Source of the DNA: Candidatus Solincola tengchongensis
Lineage (GTDB): Bacteria; Actinomycetota; Geothermincolia; Geothermincolales; RBG-13-55-18
Length of the DNA stretch: 33,976 nucleotides
Reading direction: 5' to 3'
NCBI GenBank assembly: GCA_015711895.1
Contig: JACVJH010000189.1
Span: 1 to 33,976 of the forward strand
Part shown: positions 15,453-25,284 of the stretch, one piece after another
Numbering within the stretch: position 1 is the first letter of the stretch
Layout of the letters: each line of letters starts with the position of its first letter
The notes under the pieces: model-generated
The model's input: only the letters and a program-made list of their open reading frames with translations
Databases searched by the model: none
Told to the model about the DNA's origin: nothing
Program-made: the position numbers and the translations under genes

Positions 15453-18104
15453 ATGACCAAGTACGTGTACGACTTCGACGAGGGCGATGCGGGGATGAAG
15501 AAACTCCTCGGCGGGAAGGGCTCCAACCTGGCGGAGATGACCAGGCTGGGGCTTCCCGTGCCCCCCGGGTTCACCATAACCACGGAGGCCTGCAATCATT
15601 ACACGGCGCATGGCGAGTATCCCCCGGGCCTGCAGGAGGAGATAGACGAGCACCTCCGACGCCTGGAAGAGAGGATGGGCAAGAAGCTCGGCGACAAGAG
15701 GGACCCTCTCCTGGTCTCCGTACGCTCCGGGGCGGCCATCTCCATGCCCGGCATGATGGACACCGTCCTCAACCTGGGCCTCAACGACGAGTCGGTGAAG
15801 GGCCTTGCGGAACAGACCGGGGACGAGCGCTTCGCCTACGACGCCTACCGCCGCTTCATCCAGATGTTCGCGGACATCGTCATGGGCGTGGAGAGGAGCC
15901 TCTTCGAGGAGAGGATCAGCAAGAGGAAGGAGCAACGCGGCGTCACCCAGGACGTGGAGCTGACGGCGGATGACTGGAAAGAACTGGTAGAGGAGTTCAA
16001 GGCCATCGTGCGCGAAAAGGCGGGTCGGGATTTCCCCTCCGATCCCCGCGAGCAACTCGACCTGGCCATCCGGGCCGTCTTCCGTTCCTGGAACAACCCC
16101 CGCGCCATCACCTACCGCAAGCAGTACGACATCCCGGACGACCTGGGAACGGCGGTCAACGTGCAGACCATGGTCTTCGGGAACAAGGGTGAGGACTCGG
16201 CCACCGGGGTCTGCTTCACCCGTGACCCCTCCACGGGAGAGAAACGCCGCTTCGGCGAGTACCTGGTCAATGCCCAGGGCGAGGACGTGGTGGCCGGCAT
16301 ACGGACCCCCAACAGCCTGGACCGCCTGGCGGAGGAGATGCCCGAGCTCTACGAGCAGCTGACCCAGGTGATGGACAAGCTGGAGAAACATTACCGGGAC
16401 ATGCAGGACATAGAGTTCACCATCGAGCAGAAGAAGCTCTACATGCTGCAGACGCGGACGGGCAAGCGCACCGCCGCCGCCGCCCTGAAGATCGCCGTGG
16501 ACATGGTGGAGGAGGGGCTCATCACCAAGGAAGAGGCGGTAGCCCGGGTACAGCCCGACCAGCTCGACCAGCTCCTGCATCCCCGGCTGGACCCCGACGC
16601 CCAGTATGACGTGATCGCCAGGGGCCTGCCCGCCTCGCCGGGCGCGGCGGTGGGCGAGGTGGTCTTCGACGCCGACACCGCGGAGGTGCGCGGCTCGCGC
16701 GGCGAGAAGGTCATCCTGGTGCGCTGGGAGACCACGCCCGACGACATCCACGGCATCATCGCCGCGCAGGGCGTGCTCACCAGCCACGGTGGGATGACCA
16801 GCCATGCCGCCGTGGTGGCGCGGGGGATGGGCAAGCCCTGCATCTGCGGGGCGGAGGCCATCAAGATAAACCAAGCGGAGAGGATCTTCGAGGTGAACGG
16901 CCTGGTGGTCCGGGAGGGGGACACCATCACCATCGACGGCACCTCGGGCAAGGTCATCCTGGGCGAGGTCAAGCTCATCGAGCCCAAGGTGGACGTCAAC
17001 CTGGAGAAAATTCTCTCCTGGGCCAGCGAGATACGCCGCCTCGGCGTGCGTACCAACGCCGACACCCCCGAGGACGCCAAGCGCGCCCGCGACTTCGGCG
17101 CCGAGGGCATCGGTCTGTGCCGCATCGAGCACATGCTCATCGGGGAGGACCGCCTGCCCATAGTGCGGCGCATGATCCTGGCCGAGACCGAGGAAGCCCG
17201 GGAGGAGGCCCTCATGGAGCTGGAGCCCCTCCTGCGGCGCGATTTCGAGAGGATCCTGGAGATCATGGACGGGCTGCCGGTGACCATCCGCCTCCTGGAT
17301 CCCCCCCTGCACGAGTTCCTTCCCAACCTGGTCGATTTGCGGGTGGAGCTGGAGAGGCTCAAGCACGTACCCGGGGAGCGGGAGGAGTACGAGGCCAAGG
17401 AGAGGCTCCTGGCGCGCGTGCGCGCCGAGTCGGAGGCCAACCCCATGCTCGGCTTGCGCGGGTGTCGCGTGGGTTGCACCATGGGCGGGGTGACCGAGGC
17501 CCAGGTGCGGGCCATCATCAAGGCCGCCTGCGACCTGAAGGAGCAGGGGAAGGACCCGAGGGTGGAGATAATGGTCCCCCTGGTGGCCTTCCGCAAGGAG
17601 CTGGAGATCGAGCGGGAGAAGATAATCCGAGTGGCCGAGGGGGTCAAGGAGGCCATGGAGGTGGACCTCGACTACCTTGTGGGCACCATGATAGAGTTGC
17701 CCCGCGCCGCCCTCACCGCGGATCAGATAGGGGAGATCGCCGACTTCTTCTCCTTCGGGACCAACGACCTCACCCAGACCACCCTGGGCTTCAGCCGCGA
17801 CGACGCCGAGGCCAAGTTCCTGCCCGTGTACCTCGAGGAGGGCATCCTCACCGACAACCCCTTCCAGACCCTGGACCTGGAGGGCGTGGGGAAACTGGTG
17901 CGCATGGCCTGCGAGCTCTCCCGCGAGGTGAACCCGAAGATAAAGCTGGGTATATGCGGCGAGCACGGCGGCGATCCCCGCAGCATAAGGTTCTGCCATG
18001 AGGTGGGCCTGGACTACGTGAGCTGCTCCCCCTTCCGCGTGCCGGTGGCCATCCTGGCCGCTGCTCATGCCGCCCTCGGGGACGTGCAGGACGCCACCAA
18101 GTGA
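15453..18104 (+). CDS. ppdK: Pyruvate, phosphate dikinase
   Basis: ORF 15297-18104 trimmed to ATG 15453 (MTKYVYDFDEGDAGMKKLLGGKGSNLAEM..). Catalytic His region GGMTSHAAVVARGMGKPC; C-terminal PEP-utilising domain FFSFGTNDLTQ. Confidence 0.97.
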   Translation: MTKYVYDFDEGDAGMKKLLGGKGSNLAEMTRLGLPVPPGFTITTEACNHYTAHGEYPPGLQEEIDEHLRRLEERMGKKLGDKRDPLLVSVRSGAAISMPGMMDTVLNLGLNDESVKGLAEQTGDERFAYDAYRRFIQMFADIVMGVERSLFEERISKRKEQRGVTQDVELTADDWKELVEEFKAIVREKAGRDFPSDPREQLDLAIRAVFRSWNNPRAITYRKQYDIPDDLGTAVNVQTMVFGNKGEDSATGVCFTRDPSTGEKRRFGEYLVNAQGEDVVAGIRTPNSLDRLAEEMPELYEQLTQVMDKLEKHYRDMQDIEFTIEQKKLYMLQTRTGKRTAAAALKIAVDMVEEGLITKEEAVARVQPDQLDQLLHPRLDPDAQYDVIARGLPASPGAAVGEVVFDADTAEVRGSRGEKVILVRWETTPDDIHGIIAAQGVLTSHGGMTSHAAVVARGMGKPCICGAEAIKINQAERIFEVNGLVVREGDTITIDGTSGKVILGEVKLIEPKVDVNLEKILSWASEIRRLGVRTNADTPEDAKRARDFGAEGIGLCRIEHMLIGEDRLPIVRRMILAETEEAREEALMELEPLLRRDFERILEIMDGLPVTIRLLDPPLHEFLPNLVDLRVELERLKHVPGEREEYEAKERLLARVRAESEANPMLGLRGCRVGCTMGGVTEAQVRAIIKAACDLKEQGKDPRVEIMVPLVAFRKELEIEREKIIRVAEGVKEAMEVDLDYLVGTMIELPRAALTADQIGEIADFFSFGTNDLTQTTLGFSRDDAEAKFLPVYLEEGILTDNPFQTLDLEGVGKLVRMACELSREVNPKIKLGICGEHGGDPRSIRFCHEVGLDYVSCSPFRVPVAILAAAHAALGDVQDATK

Positions 18105-18275
18105 GGCGGGAGGGCCGGGGGAGGCCGAGAGGCGGCTTGCGAACGATGAGGAAGTCCGCCTTCCCGCTCCGCGACCCATCGCACCTGGAGATCCGGGGAG
18201 GCCGTGCCGGATAGGGCTTGAAGGAGGTCCTCCCCCGTCCAGACCCGTCGCCCTCCGGGAGGCTGCGGGCCCCAA

Positions 18276-18298
18276 GAAGAGGCGCGACTCCTCTTTTC
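18276..18298 (+). terminator. Candidate intrinsic terminator after ppdK
   Basis: GAAGAGG-cgcgact-CCTCTTT stem-loop running into a T-tract, about 170 nt after the ppdK stop. Confidence 0.45.
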
Positions 18299-18435
18299 TG
18301 CCTACGGGGAGCCACCGGGAAGAGGTGCTGACACTGCGGCGAGATACAATCTACGTGGGGCGTGTGTTCCGGTGCGCGAGAGCCGACGGAGCAGCCGCGC
18401 CTTCTGGATGATTTGTCGGAAAGGAGGTTGCCGCC

Positions 18436-19026
18436 ATGTACATCCTGGCCATAAACGGAAGTCCGAACCGCAAGGGAAATACGGCATTGCTTTTGGAGAA
18501 GGTCCTTGAAGCGGCCCGAGCGGAGGGAATAGATGGTAAAATATTCCATGTAATGGATGCCCTCAAGGATCAGGAGAACCCCTTCTGCATGGCCTGTTCC
18601 AGCCCCTGCAAGGAGGTATGCCATTCCAGATCCGCAGGGCTCAAGGAGGCCTGCGATCTCCTGGAGGGAGCGGCGGCGGTGGTCCTGGGGAGTCCGGTGT
18701 ATTTCGGTACCGTGTCCGCGCAGCTCAAGGCACTGTGGGACAAGACACGGGCCGTGAGGTCGCGCAGGTCCCTGGTGGGGAAACCGGCGGCGGCAGTGAG
18801 CGTGGGCGCGGCGCGCTTCGGTGGGCAGGAGACCACCCTCAAGGCCCTGCACGACATGCTCCTCATCCAGGGTATGAGTATCGTTGGGGAGGGGACGGAG
18901 GACGACGACGCCGGGCACCAGGGATTGTGCGCCCAGAAGCCGGCCCAGGAGGACTCCTTCGCCCTGGAGAGGGCCCGCATCCTGGGCAGGCGCCTGGCCC
19001 GGGAGGTGAAGAGGGCGTCGAAATAA
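18436..19026 (+). CDS. Flavodoxin-fold NAD(P)H-dependent FMN reductase, iron-sulfur flavoprotein (Isf)-like
   Basis: MYILAINGSPNRKGNT.. at the N-terminus, a compact Cys cluster CMACSSPCKEVC, and VLGSPVYFGTVSAQLKALWD. SD aaaggagg. Confidence 0.8.
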   Translation: MYILAINGSPNRKGNTALLLEKVLEAARAEGIDGKIFHVMDALKDQENPFCMACSSPCKEVCHSRSAGLKEACDLLEGAAAVVLGSPVYFGTVSAQLKALWDKTRAVRSRRSLVGKPAAAVSVGAARFGGQETTLKALHDMLLIQGMSIVGEGTEDDDAGHQGLCAQKPAQEDSFALERARILGRRLAREVKRASK

Positions 19027-19231
19027 GAGGAAGCGGCCTGATGCGCCGGAATGGAGGGCTGCCGATTTGAGCCGCTTTGTGATGGCTTGGAATCGTGTCA
19101 GCCTGGCTCTGGACCGTGAAAAGAACGCGAGCGGGGAAGTTCTTCCCCGGTCCGGAAAGGACAAGGGAAAGGATATCGGAGTAAGCCGCACCCTTGCCGT
19201 CTGGTCCTCGCATGGACCGATGACGTCAATT

Positions 19232-19283
19232 GGAAGCGGTAAAGGCGGCGGCACTCGGAAGCGGTAAGGAGAAGACGGAGAAG
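19232..19283 (+). repeat. Direct repeats upstream of dgt: GGAAGCGGTAA x2 (25-bp spacing), then GGAGAAG x2
   Basis: GGAAGCGGTAA at 19232-19242 and 19257-19267; GGAGAAG at 19268-19274 and 19277-19283. TTGGAAGCGGT also occurs at 26964-26974. Confidence 0.55.
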
Positions 19284-19291
19284 GTATTGGG

Positions 19292-20296
19292 ATGAACATC
19301 CGGGAGGAAATAGAGCGCTGGGAGGAGGAATGGCTCTCTCCCCATGCCGTGCGCAGCCGGGAGAGCCGGGGCCGGCTCAGGGAGGAAAAGCCTGATTCCC
19401 TGCGCACCTGCTTCATGCGCGACCGGGACCGCATCATACATAGCAAGGCTTTCCGGCGCCTGAAGCACAAGACCCAGGTCTTCCTGGCTCCCGAGGGGGA
19501 CCACTACCGCACCCGCTTGACCCACACCCTGGAGGTAAGCCAGATATCCCGCACCATAGCCAGGGCCCTGCGGCTCAACGAGGACCTCACGGAGGCCATC
19601 GCCCTGGGTCACGACCTCGGGCACACCCCCTTCGGACACATGGGGGAGGAGGCCTTCCGCGACCTAACCCCCACCCCTTTCCGGCACAACGAGCAGAGCC
19701 TCCGGGTGGTGGACAGGCTGGAATATAACGGGAAGGGGCTCAACCTCACCTGGGAGGTCAGGGACGGCATACTGAACCACACCGGCCAGAGCCCTCTTCC
19801 GGCCACCCTGGAGGGCCGCATAGTACGCATCGCCGACCGTATCGCCTACGTGAACCACGACATCGACGACGCCATCCGGGCGGGCATACTCACCGAGGAT
19901 GAGCTTCCGGAGGGTCCCCTAGGAGTGCTGGGAAAGCGCCACAACCAGCGCATCGACACCCTGGTGCGGGACCTGGTGGAGGCCAGCAGGGACAGGGGGG
20001 ACATCCTGATGAGCGAGGAGGTGGCCGCGGCCCTGGACGAATTGCGCGACTTCCTCTTCGCGCGGGTGTACGTGGGTTCGGTGGCCAAACAGGAGGAGGA
20101 CAAGGCCATCATGGTCCTCCGTCATCTGTTCCATTATTACTTGGAGCACCCCGAGGAGATGCCCCGGGAGTTCCGGGAGGGGGAGGAGGACCTGCGGGTG
20201 AGGGTCTGCGATTACGTGGCCGGCATGACCGACCGCTATGCCATGCGCAAGTACCAGGAACACTTCTTGCCCCGCGTATGGGTGGGCGAGCTCTGA
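19292..20296 (+). CDS. dgt: dGTP triphosphohydrolase-like HD-domain protein
   Basis: FMRDRDRIIHSKAFRRLKHKTQVF..DHYRTRLTHTLEVSQI..ALGHDLGHTPFGH. Confidence 0.9.
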   Translation: MNIREEIERWEEEWLSPHAVRSRESRGRLREEKPDSLRTCFMRDRDRIIHSKAFRRLKHKTQVFLAPEGDHYRTRLTHTLEVSQISRTIARALRLNEDLTEAIALGHDLGHTPFGHMGEEAFRDLTPTPFRHNEQSLRVVDRLEYNGKGLNLTWEVRDGILNHTGQSPLPATLEGRIVRIADRIAYVNHDIDDAIRAGILTEDELPEGPLGVLGKRHNQRIDTLVRDLVEASRDRGDILMSEEVAAALDELRDFLFARVYVGSVAKQEEDKAIMVLRHLFHYYLEHPEEMPREFREGEEDLRVRVCDYVAGMTDRYAMRKYQEHFLPRVWVGEL

Positions 20297-20297
20297 G

Positions 20298-22139
20298 GTG
20301 CGTGCCTTGGCCGGTGGCAGGATCAGGGACGAGGACATCGAGCGCCTCCGCGAACAGGTGGACATCGTGGAGGTCATCTCCGAGTACGTGCAACTGAAGA
20401 AGGCCGGCAGGCTGTTCAAGGGGCTGTGCCCTTTTCATGACGAGAAGACCCCTTCCTTCATGGTGGATCCCGCCAAGCAGCTCTACCACTGCTTCGGCTG
20501 CGGTGAGGGAGGCGACGTGTTCACCTTCCTGCGCAAGAGGGAGGGATTGGAGTTCCGGGAGGCGGTGGAGAGGCTGGCCTCCCGGGTTGGGTTCACCCTC
20601 CATTACCAGGGGGGAGCCCGGGAGTCCGGGGGACCGGAGGGCAGGCGGGCCAGGCTATACCGCATGAACCAGTGGGCGGCGGAGGTCTACCACCGCGTCC
20701 TGGTGGAGGGGGAGGAGGGAGAGGCGGCGCGCAGGTATCTCAAATCCCGGGGTATCGATGAGGAATCCGTGCGCTTCTTCGGCCTGGGATACGCTCCCCC
20801 CAAATGGGACTTCCTCTACCGCCAGGCCATGCGCCGCGGTTTCGAGGCCCAGGATTTCCTGGCCTCCGGCCTGGGACTACGGGGGGAGAGGGGTGTTTAC
20901 GACCGCTTCCGAGGCCGGGTCATCTTTCCCATCCGGGACCTTCAGGACCGGGTGGTGGCCTTCGGGGGGAGGACGCTGGGCGAGGAGCAGCCCAAATACC
21001 TCAATTCCCCGGAGACCCCTCTCTACGTGAAGAGCCGCCACCTCTACGCCCTCAACCACTCGCGCCGGGAGATGGTGAAGGAGGGCTTTGCCCTCCTGGT
21101 GGAGGGATATACCGACGTCATCCTCCTCTGGCAGCACGGTATCCGCAACGTGGCTGCCACTCTGGGGACCGCCCTGGGCCAGGAGCATTTCCGCCTCCTC
21201 TCCCGCCTCACCGAGAGGGTGGTGCTGGCCTTCGACGCGGACCGGGCCGGGGTCAGCGCCAGCCTGAGGGGGCTCGACCTCCAGAAGGATTTTAACCTCG
21301 ACTTGAGGGTTATAATCCTTGATGAGGGCGCCGACCCGGCGGATTTCGTGACCTCCCACGGGGCGGAAGAGTTCAAGAGAAGGGTGGAGGAGAGCGTCCC
21401 CCTGGTCGATTTCTGTCTCCGAAAGGTCCTCGAGGAACACGACCCCAAGGACACCAACGCGCGGCTGCGAGGAGTGCGTAGGGCGGTGAGCCTGGTGGCT
21501 GAGCTGGGAGGGGATATAGACCAGGAGAGGCACATCCGGGCCATCGCCGACTGGGCGGGATCGAGCTACCAGGCGGTGCAGGAGCTCTACCGGCGTGCCA
21601 GGGGGAGGAGCTCCGGACCGGCTCCCGCCGCCGAATCCTCCATCCTCCTGCCCCCGCAGAAACGGGCGGAGAGGGAACTTCTTCGCCTCCTGCTGCATCA
21701 ACCTTTTTTGGTGGAAAGGGCATTGGAGGAGGTTGACCCCTCCCTCTTCGAGGATGGCGATTGTTCCCGGCTCTTCTCCGCCATCCTGGAGGCGGACCGG
21801 GAGGAAGGGGGAGAACGGGGGATCGAGGAACGCCGAATGGGGCGCCTGGTGGAGAGCCTGGATTCCGGCAGCGCCCGGAATCTGGCCACGGCGTTAATTC
21901 TGGACGGGAGTGGGAATGTTGATAATATGGATACGGAAAACGCCGTCATGGTATATAATGACCTGCTGGCGACGCTGAAGGGATTCTATCTCGAACGTCA
22001 AATAAGGAGATTGAGGCAGGAGCTTGAAGGCCTCTCCTCCGCGCCCCATCGGGATCATGAGCGTGAACGAGAGCTCTCGGAGGAGATTTATTCCCTCGAG
22101 CGCCTGAAGAGGGAGCTCAGAAAGGGCCGTGCCGGCTAA
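20298..22139 (+). CDS. dnaG: DNA primase
   Basis: ORF 20238-22139. The likely start is GTG 20298, one nt after the dgt stop. Zinc finger CPFHDEKTPSFMVDPAKQLYHCFGCGEGG; TOPRIM block LLVEGYTDVI..AFDADRAG. Confidence 0.95.
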   Translation: MRALAGGRIRDEDIERLREQVDIVEVISEYVQLKKAGRLFKGLCPFHDEKTPSFMVDPAKQLYHCFGCGEGGDVFTFLRKREGLEFREAVERLASRVGFTLHYQGGARESGGPEGRRARLYRMNQWAAEVYHRVLVEGEEGEAARRYLKSRGIDEESVRFFGLGYAPPKWDFLYRQAMRRGFEAQDFLASGLGLRGERGVYDRFRGRVIFPIRDLQDRVVAFGGRTLGEEQPKYLNSPETPLYVKSRHLYALNHSRREMVKEGFALLVEGYTDVILLWQHGIRNVAATLGTALGQEHFRLLSRLTERVVLAFDADRAGVSASLRGLDLQKDFNLDLRVIILDEGADPADFVTSHGAEEFKRRVEESVPLVDFCLRKVLEEHDPKDTNARLRGVRRAVSLVAELGGDIDQERHIRAIADWAGSSYQAVQELYRRARGRSSGPAPAAESSILLPPQKRAERELLRLLLHQPFLVERALEEVDPSLFEDGDCSRLFSAILEADREEGGERGIEERRMGRLVESLDSGSARNLATALILDGSGNVDNMDTENAVMVYNDLLATLKGFYLERQIRRLRQELEGLSSAPHRDHERERELSEEIYSLERLKRELRKGRAG

Positions 22140-22196
22140 AGGACGGCATGAGAGCGCTCGATTAATCTTAAGTAACCCTCCTTTCAGGTGATTTAT

Positions 22197-23390
22197 ATGG
22201 ACGACTGGAAAGACCTCGATTACGACGAGATAAAGGAACTGCTCTCCAGGGGCCAGGGCAGGGGCATCCTGACCCATGACGAGATAAGCGAGTCCCTGCA
22301 AGGCCTCAACCTCACGGCGGAGCAGATGGACCACCTCTACATGCTCCTCGACGAACTGAACGTGGAGGTGGTGGACGGGCCCACGGACGAGAGCCTGCAG
22401 GACCTCGAGGACGAGGAAGAAAAGGACATCTCCCGCCTGGACAGCCTGGAGAGGGAGCTGGAGCTCGCCGGGAAGACCCCCACCAACGACCCTGTGCGCA
22501 TGTACCTCAAGGAGATCGGCAAGGTCCCCCTCCTCACCGCCCAGGAGGAAGTGGAGCTGGCCAAGAAGATCGAGGAGGGCGAAAAGGCCTCCGCCAGACT
22601 GCGGGAGATGGGGGACAAGCTGAGCCGTGAGGAGAAACGGGCCCTGCAGCGCAAGGAGAGGGAGGGTCAGGAGGCCAAGCGCAAGCTCGTGGAGGCCAAC
22701 CTCAGGCTGGTGGTCTCCATCGCCAAGCGCTACGTGGGCAGGGGGATGCTCTTCCTCGACCTCATCCAGGAGGGCAACCTGGGCCTCATCCGGGCCGTGG
22801 AGAAGTTCGACTTCCGGAAGGGTTACAAATTCTCCACCTACGCCACCTGGTGGATCCGCCAGGCCATCACCCGGGCCATCGCCGACCAGGCCCGTACCAT
22901 CCGCATCCCCGTCCACATGGTGGAGACCATCAACAAGCTTATCCGGGTGCAGAGGCAGCTCCTCCAGGAACTGGGCCGGGAGCCTACCCCGGAGGAGATA
23001 GCCGAGCGCATGGAGCTCACTCCCGAGAAGGTAAGGGAGATCATCAAGGTCTCCCAGGAGCCGGTGTCCCTGGAGACCCCCATAGGCGAGGAGGAGGACT
23101 CCCACCTGGGCGACTTCATCGAGGACTCCGACGCCGTGGTCCCCGCGGACGCCGCTTCCTTCATCCTCCTCCAGGAGCAGCTGGAGGACGTCCTCAACTC
23201 CCTAAGCGAGAGGGAGAGGGAGGTCATCAAGCTGCGCTTCGGCCTGGTGGACGGGCACCCGCGCACCCTGGAGGAGGTGGGTCGCGAGTTCGGGGTCACC
23301 AGGGAGCGCATCCGCCAGATCGAGTCCAAGACGCTGGCCAAGCTCCGCCACCCCACCCGCTCCGCGAAGCTGCGCGACTTCCTCGAATAG
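22197..23390 (+). CDS. rpoD: Primary-type RNA polymerase sigma-70 factor
   Basis: Region 2 [37 protein letters not shown]; region 4 [30 protein letters not shown]. The ATG at 22197 follows AGGTGA; GTG 22188 is the ORF-track start. Confidence 0.95.
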   Translation: MDDWKDLDYDEIKELLSRGQGRGILTHDEISESLQGLNLTAEQMDHLYMLLDELNVEVVDGPTDESLQDLEDEEEKDISRLDSLERELELAGKTPTNDPVRMYLKEIGKVPLLTAQEEVELAKKIEEGEKASARLREMGDKLSREEKRALQRKEREGQEAKRKLVEANLRLVVSIAKRYVGRGMLFLDLIQEGNLGLIRAVEKFDFRKGYKFSTYATWWIRQAITRAIADQARTIRIPVHMVETINKLIRVQRQLLQELGREPTPEEIAERMELTPEKVREIIKVSQEPVSLETPIGEEEDSHLGDFIEDSDAVVPADAASFILLQEQLEDVLNSLSEREREVIKLRFGLVDGHPRTLEEVGREFGVTRERIRQIESKTLAKLRHPTRSAKLRDFLE

Positions 23391-23417
23391 CGCAGACGTG
23401 CCGCCTTCACAACCGCT

Positions 23418-24494
23418 TTATTCCCTGACTATCTCCAGGACCGTGATCTGGGGTGGGGAATAGTTGGAGACGAAAAGGCGCTCACCCCTGGCGTCCACGC
23501 AGAGGCCGATGGGTTTGGGCGTGGGATAGGTGAATATCTCCCGACGTGCCTCCAGGTCCACGCAGCCCACCGTCCCGTCCTCGTAGTTACAGACGAACAG
23601 GTATCTGCCGTCGGGGGTGATGTCCATGGTGCGCGCCGCCCTGCCAACCTTTATGGTGGCGGAGATGGTGCCGGCCTCGCGGTTGACCACGGTGACCGTC
23701 CCCGGCAGGTTGTTGCTCACGTAGAGCGTCCGGCCGTCCGGCGAGAGGACCACGTGGCGGGGATTCTGGCCGCAGGGTATTTGCCGCACTACGGTGTGGC
23801 CGCCGGAGACATCCACCTCGGCCAGGGTGTCGCCGCCCATTATGCACACGTAAGCGCGGTCGCCCTTTGGGGTGAAGCACATGCCCCGCGGCGTGGCGTA
23901 CACCGGGATGTCCTTCACCCTCTTCCTGGCGGAGGCGTCGATTACCGTCACCGTGTTGGAGTCCCAGTTGGCCACGTAGACCCATGCGCCGTCGGGGCTC
24001 ACCGCCACCTCCTTGGGGATGCTTCCCGTGCCCACCTCTCCCGCCAGGGTGCCGGAATCGGTGTCCACGATGACCACCCGTGCCGAGTTGTAGAGGGACA
24101 CCCAGGCCCACCTACCGTCGGGAGAGAAGGCCGCCTCCACCGGTTCGTCGGGAAGGACCACGCTGAGGAGCTTGGCGTAACTTTGGGCATCGAAGACGAA
24201 GTTCTTGTGCGCGTAGAGGTCGTTCACGAATATACGGTCCCCGCCGGGCATGAGCTCCACGGACTTCGGGCCCGCCTCCACCCGCAGGACGGTGAGAGGG
24301 CGCAGCCCGGCGACCTCCCCGGTGGCATAGGGGAGCACCTCGGCGTTTGCGCCCTCCCCCTCCCGCTCCATAGGGGGTTCCATGGCGCCATCTTTCGAGG
24401 ACCCTATGGATTCGCATCCCGGCAGCACGAGGAGAAGGGAGAAGAGCGCGGCTATAATTACCATATATTTCCATATAGATTTCAAGCCGGCCAT
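23418..24494 (-). CDS. YVTN/YncE-type beta-propeller repeat lipoprotein
   Basis: ORF 23418-24554 trimmed to [27 protein letters not shown] (lipobox). Repeated ..P.G.A.SPDG...YV.N... blades. Confidence 0.8.
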   Translation of the reverse strand: MAGLKSIWKYMVIIAALFSLLLVLPGCESIGSSKDGAMEPPMEREGEGANAEVLPYATGEVAGLRPLTVLRVEAGPKSVELMPGGDRIFVNDLYAHKNFVFDAQSYAKLLSVVLPDEPVEAAFSPDGRWAWVSLYNSARVVIVDTDSGTLAGEVGTGSIPKEVAVSPDGAWVYVANWDSNTVTVIDASARKRVKDIPVYATPRGMCFTPKGDRAYVCIMGGDTLAEVDVSGGHTVVRQIPCGQNPRHVVLSPDGRTLYVSNNLPGTVTVVNREAGTISATIKVGRAARTMDITPDGRYLFVCNYEDGTVGCVDLEARREIFTYPTPKPIGLCVDARGERLFVSNYSPPQITVLEIVRE

Positions 24495-24574
24495 GGCTAC
24501 CACCTTCCGCGATCCCGACGCTTCAATACAACCCGTCCGGATGACCTGAATCACCCGCTCTTGGTGCCGACTAC

Positions 24575-24586
24575 CTTACATGTAAG
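24575..24586. promoter_or_regulatory. Perfect 12-bp palindrome CTTACATGTAAG flanked by CCGA/TCGG, ~80 nt upstream of the beta-propeller gene
   Basis: Read directly from the sequence; it sits in a local AT-rich patch. It could be an operator or a hairpin. Confidence 0.3.
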
Positions 24587-24594
24587 AAATCGGG

Positions 24595-25240
24595 CCTCTC
24601 GATGATCTTTCTGGTACTCTATGGCTGCCTCCTTTCCGCGTTTCCCGCGCACGACCCGATTGGTTGACCGGCATGCACGCCGCTGCCGCGGAGCACCGTA
24701 TCTGCAACATTCCGTTCCGAATGGCGAACACGCCTGGATCCTCCAGCACGCTTCCTTTCCACGAGCCCGCATTTCCCCGCGCCTCGACCTTGCGTTCCCC
24801 GAAACGGCACGGTATGTCGCGGTCCGGGGTGCTCATGCCCTCGGCTCCCTGAAGGTTGGGCGCTTCAGTGCGCATTCTCGCGAGTCAAGCCACCGTATAT
24901 GCTCCTCGGGCCTACCCTTTCCGGCCGCGGCGACCCCACTCGTATGCCCTCCGGAGAAGGATAGCAGTGCAGCCGGACCGACAAGCCCAAGAGTCCGTCA
25001 CCTGACGCTCACTTCCGCCGAACCGTGGACCGCCTTACCGGCCCGCCACGGAGTATCGCGCACATCTCTTTCTCGGTCATCGTTCCCCCGGCGGGTTCGC
25101 ATGGCTCTTCATGTGGCGTCCTCCCATTCTTCGGCTGGAAGCCCGGAAAGCCCTTTGCCGCCCTTCCGCTCGAGCCTTTTCTACCGCAGGGACCGGTATG
25201 GTGGTGCTCTCCCGCCCACCGTTTGACCACTGCAGGAGAT
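24595..25240 (-). other. ORF-free, minus-strand purine-rich spacer: candidate large structured RNA or fully decayed gene
   Basis: No protein-like ORF in any frame. Many local hairpins on the minus strand (for example 25023-25051, 24849-24868 and 24637-24649). No match that I can recognise to RNase P, tmRNA, SRP, 6S, group II intron domain V or common riboswitches. Confidence 0.3.
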
Positions 25241-25261
25241 CCGGCGCTCTCCGGGCGCCGG
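25241..25261 (-). terminator. Hairpin CCGGCGC-N7-GCGCCGG 24 nt after the FAD-oxidoreductase stop (no U-tract)
   Basis: 7-bp GC stem read from the sequence. The lack of a T-run lowers confidence. Confidence 0.3.
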
Positions 25262-25284
25262 CTGGCCGTTCGGAATGGCAATCC

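Noticed and set aside
15315-18275. 986-aa minus-strand ORF spanning all of ppdK
   Set aside because: It is antisense to an unambiguous, highly conserved ppdK. Its composition is dominated by G/A/P/R/H/L with no recognisable motifs, which makes it a classic long shadow ORF of a GC-rich gene.
19067-19267. 66-aa plus-strand ORF (TTG start) in the Isf-dgt spacer
   Set aside because: It has no SD, weak third-position G+C bias and a G/K/S-rich tail. The region also holds a 16-nt palindrome (19131-19146) and direct repeats, which fits better with regulatory or terminator sequence.
24617-24640. Minus-strand CGCGGAAAGGAGGCAGCCATAGAG, superficially like the SRP RNA (GGAAGGAAGCAGCC) or RNase P (GGAAAGTCCGGGCTCCATAG) cores
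   Set aside because: The required partner strands and tetraloop context are missing. There is no ACAGAAnCCGGC (RNase P P4 3' strand) and no GUCAGGUCC (SRP helix 8) anywhere in the spacer.
25059-25063. GUGCG (group II intron 5' consensus) on the minus strand inside the spacer
   Set aside because: I could not find a domain V-like 34-nt hairpin (AGC triad, 2-nt bulge, GNRA loop), a domain VI bulged A or an intron-encoded RT. The 5-mer alone is expected by chance.
24621-25226. 201-aa plus-strand ORF filling most of the big spacer
   Set aside because: The translation is S/R/P/A-rich and low in complexity. The third-codon-position G+C that I tallied by eye is clearly lower than in the neighbouring genes. 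It has no SD and no motifs.
25266-25280. CCATTCCGAAC on the minus strand, identical to a conserved 5S rRNA loop segment
   Set aside because: The flanks do not continue the 5S consensus, and the match sits directly after a CDS stop codon. No 16S or 23S is nearby.
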